Shown here in pieces: positions 15,609 to 19,673 of a DNA stretch of 19,673 nucleotides; position 1 is the first letter of the stretch, and each line of letters opens with the position of its first letter. The DNA is taken from contig JBKHBH010000033.1 of assembly GCA_046542505.1 (NCBI GenBank), positions 1 to 19,673 of the forward strand. Direction: 5' to 3'. The translations under genes were made by a program, and so were the position numbers. The notes under the pieces were generated by a model that was not told the origin of the DNA, did not search any database, and saw only the letters and a program-made list of their open reading frames with translations. This DNA comes from Thermovirgaceae bacterium. Lineage in GTDB: Bacteria > Synergistota > Synergistia > Synergistales > Thermovirgaceae.

Positions 15609-17030
15609 TTGAGGCAAAGCCGCAACTGGTGGAAACTGAGGCTTTCCGGTAAAGTCGGTTTCTGGTTTGCCATCACTGCAATGCTTAGCGCGACGCTGTT
15701 TCTGACCATATGCTCGGGTTCAAAATCGGGCGTCGGATCCCTGGAGGATCTAATCAGCTGCAGAAACGGTGTGCCCCAGGAAGTCCCTTCAGGTTTTATC
15801 GTCATCGACATGTCGAGGTCTGCGGCTCTGGAAGGGCGCACACAGGATATTCAAGCGTCAGTAGCGGGAGCCATGGCGCTCGGGATTGGCCCTCTTCCGG
15901 AAGGTCCGTCGCTTTTTGAAGACGATCTGATTCTTGAGGAAATGAAACCGGAAAAGACTCCCGAGGAAAATGTGCTGGAGCGCGAGCCCGATGGAATTGA
16001 AAAAGAGCAAGATGCTGAAGGAGAATCCGGCGAATTAGAGGAAGCCAAGGACCAGGAAGAAAAACGCTGGGTCGAGTATTATGTCAAGGCCGGCGACACC
16101 CTGATCGGCATCGGCGAGTATTTTTCCCTGCCCCCGGATCTGATTTCAAAAGCGAATGCCTTGAAGAATCCCCACCTCCTCATGGAGGGGCAGGAACTTT
16201 TGATACCCCTGACCAAAGAGGATGTCGATGCGGTCCTTGCAGAGGTAAAGGCCAGGGAAGAGCGCGAGAAGGAAGTCCGTGTAAAGACCCTCAAGACCCA
16301 AGAGTACACCGTGAGCGACGGGGACAGCCTCTGGTCTATAGCGAACTCTTTCAATCTCGATATCAACACCCTTTTCGGGTGCAACGACCTGAAAAACCCC
16401 AACTATCTCCGCGTGGGGACCACCCTGCGGATCCCGAACCAGGATGGTGTCTTCTACAAAACAAAAAAGGGCGACACCCTTGCGAAGATCGCCAGCAAGT
16501 ACGGACTTCCAGTTGAAGCCATCCGGGAGGTTAACGGCTTCGAGGGAACGAATCTCGCCGCTGGCAAGGAACTGTTCCTTCCGGGGGCGAAACCTGTCGC
16601 ATCAGTGTATAACGTTGCGAAAGGGTCCTCCGGGAGCAGCGTCTCCGCCGGATTCAGGTGGCCTCTTTCAGGAAGGATCACGAGTGGATACGGGTGGCGA
16701 AGGCATCCCTTTACGCAAAGACGTGATTTCCACACCGGAATCGACATCAAGGGGCCGACAGGCCGGATCATACGTGCCTCTAAGGCCGGCAGGGTGGTTT
16801 ACTCCGGCTGGATGGGTGGATACGGCCGGGTTGTGGTCATCGACCACGGAAAGGATTATTCCACGCTGTACGCCCATTGCAGCAGCCTGCTGGTACGAAA
16901 GGGACAGCGCGTGTCGGCCGGTCAGGCCATAGGAAAGGTCGGATCCAGCGGACGGGCGACGGGGCCCCATCTGCATTTCGAAGTTCGTTACAAAAACAAG
17001 GCCATGAATCCGTTGAAGGTCCTGCGATAG
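15609..17030 (+). CDS. Peptidoglycan endopeptidase, 3x LysM + M23 (NlpD/MepM-like)
   Basis: N-terminal TM and acidic linker. Three LysM repeats (YYVKAGDTL, YTVSDGDSLWSIA, YKTKKGDTLAKIA). M23 zinc motifs HTGID and HLH intact. TTG start after AGGAG. Confidence 0.92.
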   Translation: MRQSRNWWKLRLSGKVGFWFAITAMLSATLFLTICSGSKSGVGSLEDLISCRNGVPQEVPSGFIVIDMSRSAALEGRTQDIQASVAGAMALGIGPLPEGPSLFEDDLILEEMKPEKTPEENVLEREPDGIEKEQDAEGESGELEEAKDQEEKRWVEYYVKAGDTLIGIGEYFSLPPDLISKANALKNPHLLMEGQELLIPLTKEDVDAVLAEVKAREEREKEVRVKTLKTQEYTVSDGDSLWSIANSFNLDINTLFGCNDLKNPNYLRVGTTLRIPNQDGVFYKTKKGDTLAKIASKYGLPVEAIREVNGFEGTNLAAGKELFLPGAKPVASVYNVAKGSSGSSVSAGFRWPLSGRITSGYGWRRHPFTQRRDFHTGIDIKGPTGRIIRASKAGRVVYSGWMGGYGRVVVIDHGKDYSTLYAHCSSLLVRKGQRVSAGQAIGKVGSSGRATGPHLHFEVRYKNKAMNPLKVLR

Positions 17031-17068
17031 GAAAGCGAATTTTTTCAGTCAGGCAATTTGGCCTATGA

Positions 17069-19673
<2,605 letters not shown>

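Overview
Core chromosomal segment of a GC-rich diderm anaerobe, most likely Synergistota. This is inferred from the characteristic SLH-domain/OmpM-like porin N-terminus. Left part (1-7653) is an LPS/surface-glycan cluster: KdnA-like DegT aminotransferase (partial), ELM1/GtrOC1-family protein, two GT4 glycosyltransferases, UDP-glucuronate decarboxylase, an inverted atypical GT-B glycosyltransferase and a Wzy_C/O-antigen-ligase-family protein. Next come a ~360-bp highly structured leader and an SLH-coiled coil-beta-barrel (OmpM-like) major outer-membrane protein. These are followed by a secreted hypothetical protein, pfkA coupled to a DUF4392 (D-glutamate-cyclase-like) gene, a convergent ECF S component and a membrane-anchored Ig-like protein. 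The window ends with tal-rho-LysM/M23-pyrG and a truncated secreted protein with a VirB10/TrbI-like C-terminal domain that is missing from the ORF track. No mobile elements, CRISPR, tRNA or rRNA were seen. The best leads are the multi-element RNA leader of the porin gene, a possible porin-glycosylation role for the adjacent ligase, a switch-like RNA upstream of the ECF S component, and Kdo8N-type LPS chemistry. Family calls come from motifs recognised by eye; no database searches or folding programs were run.
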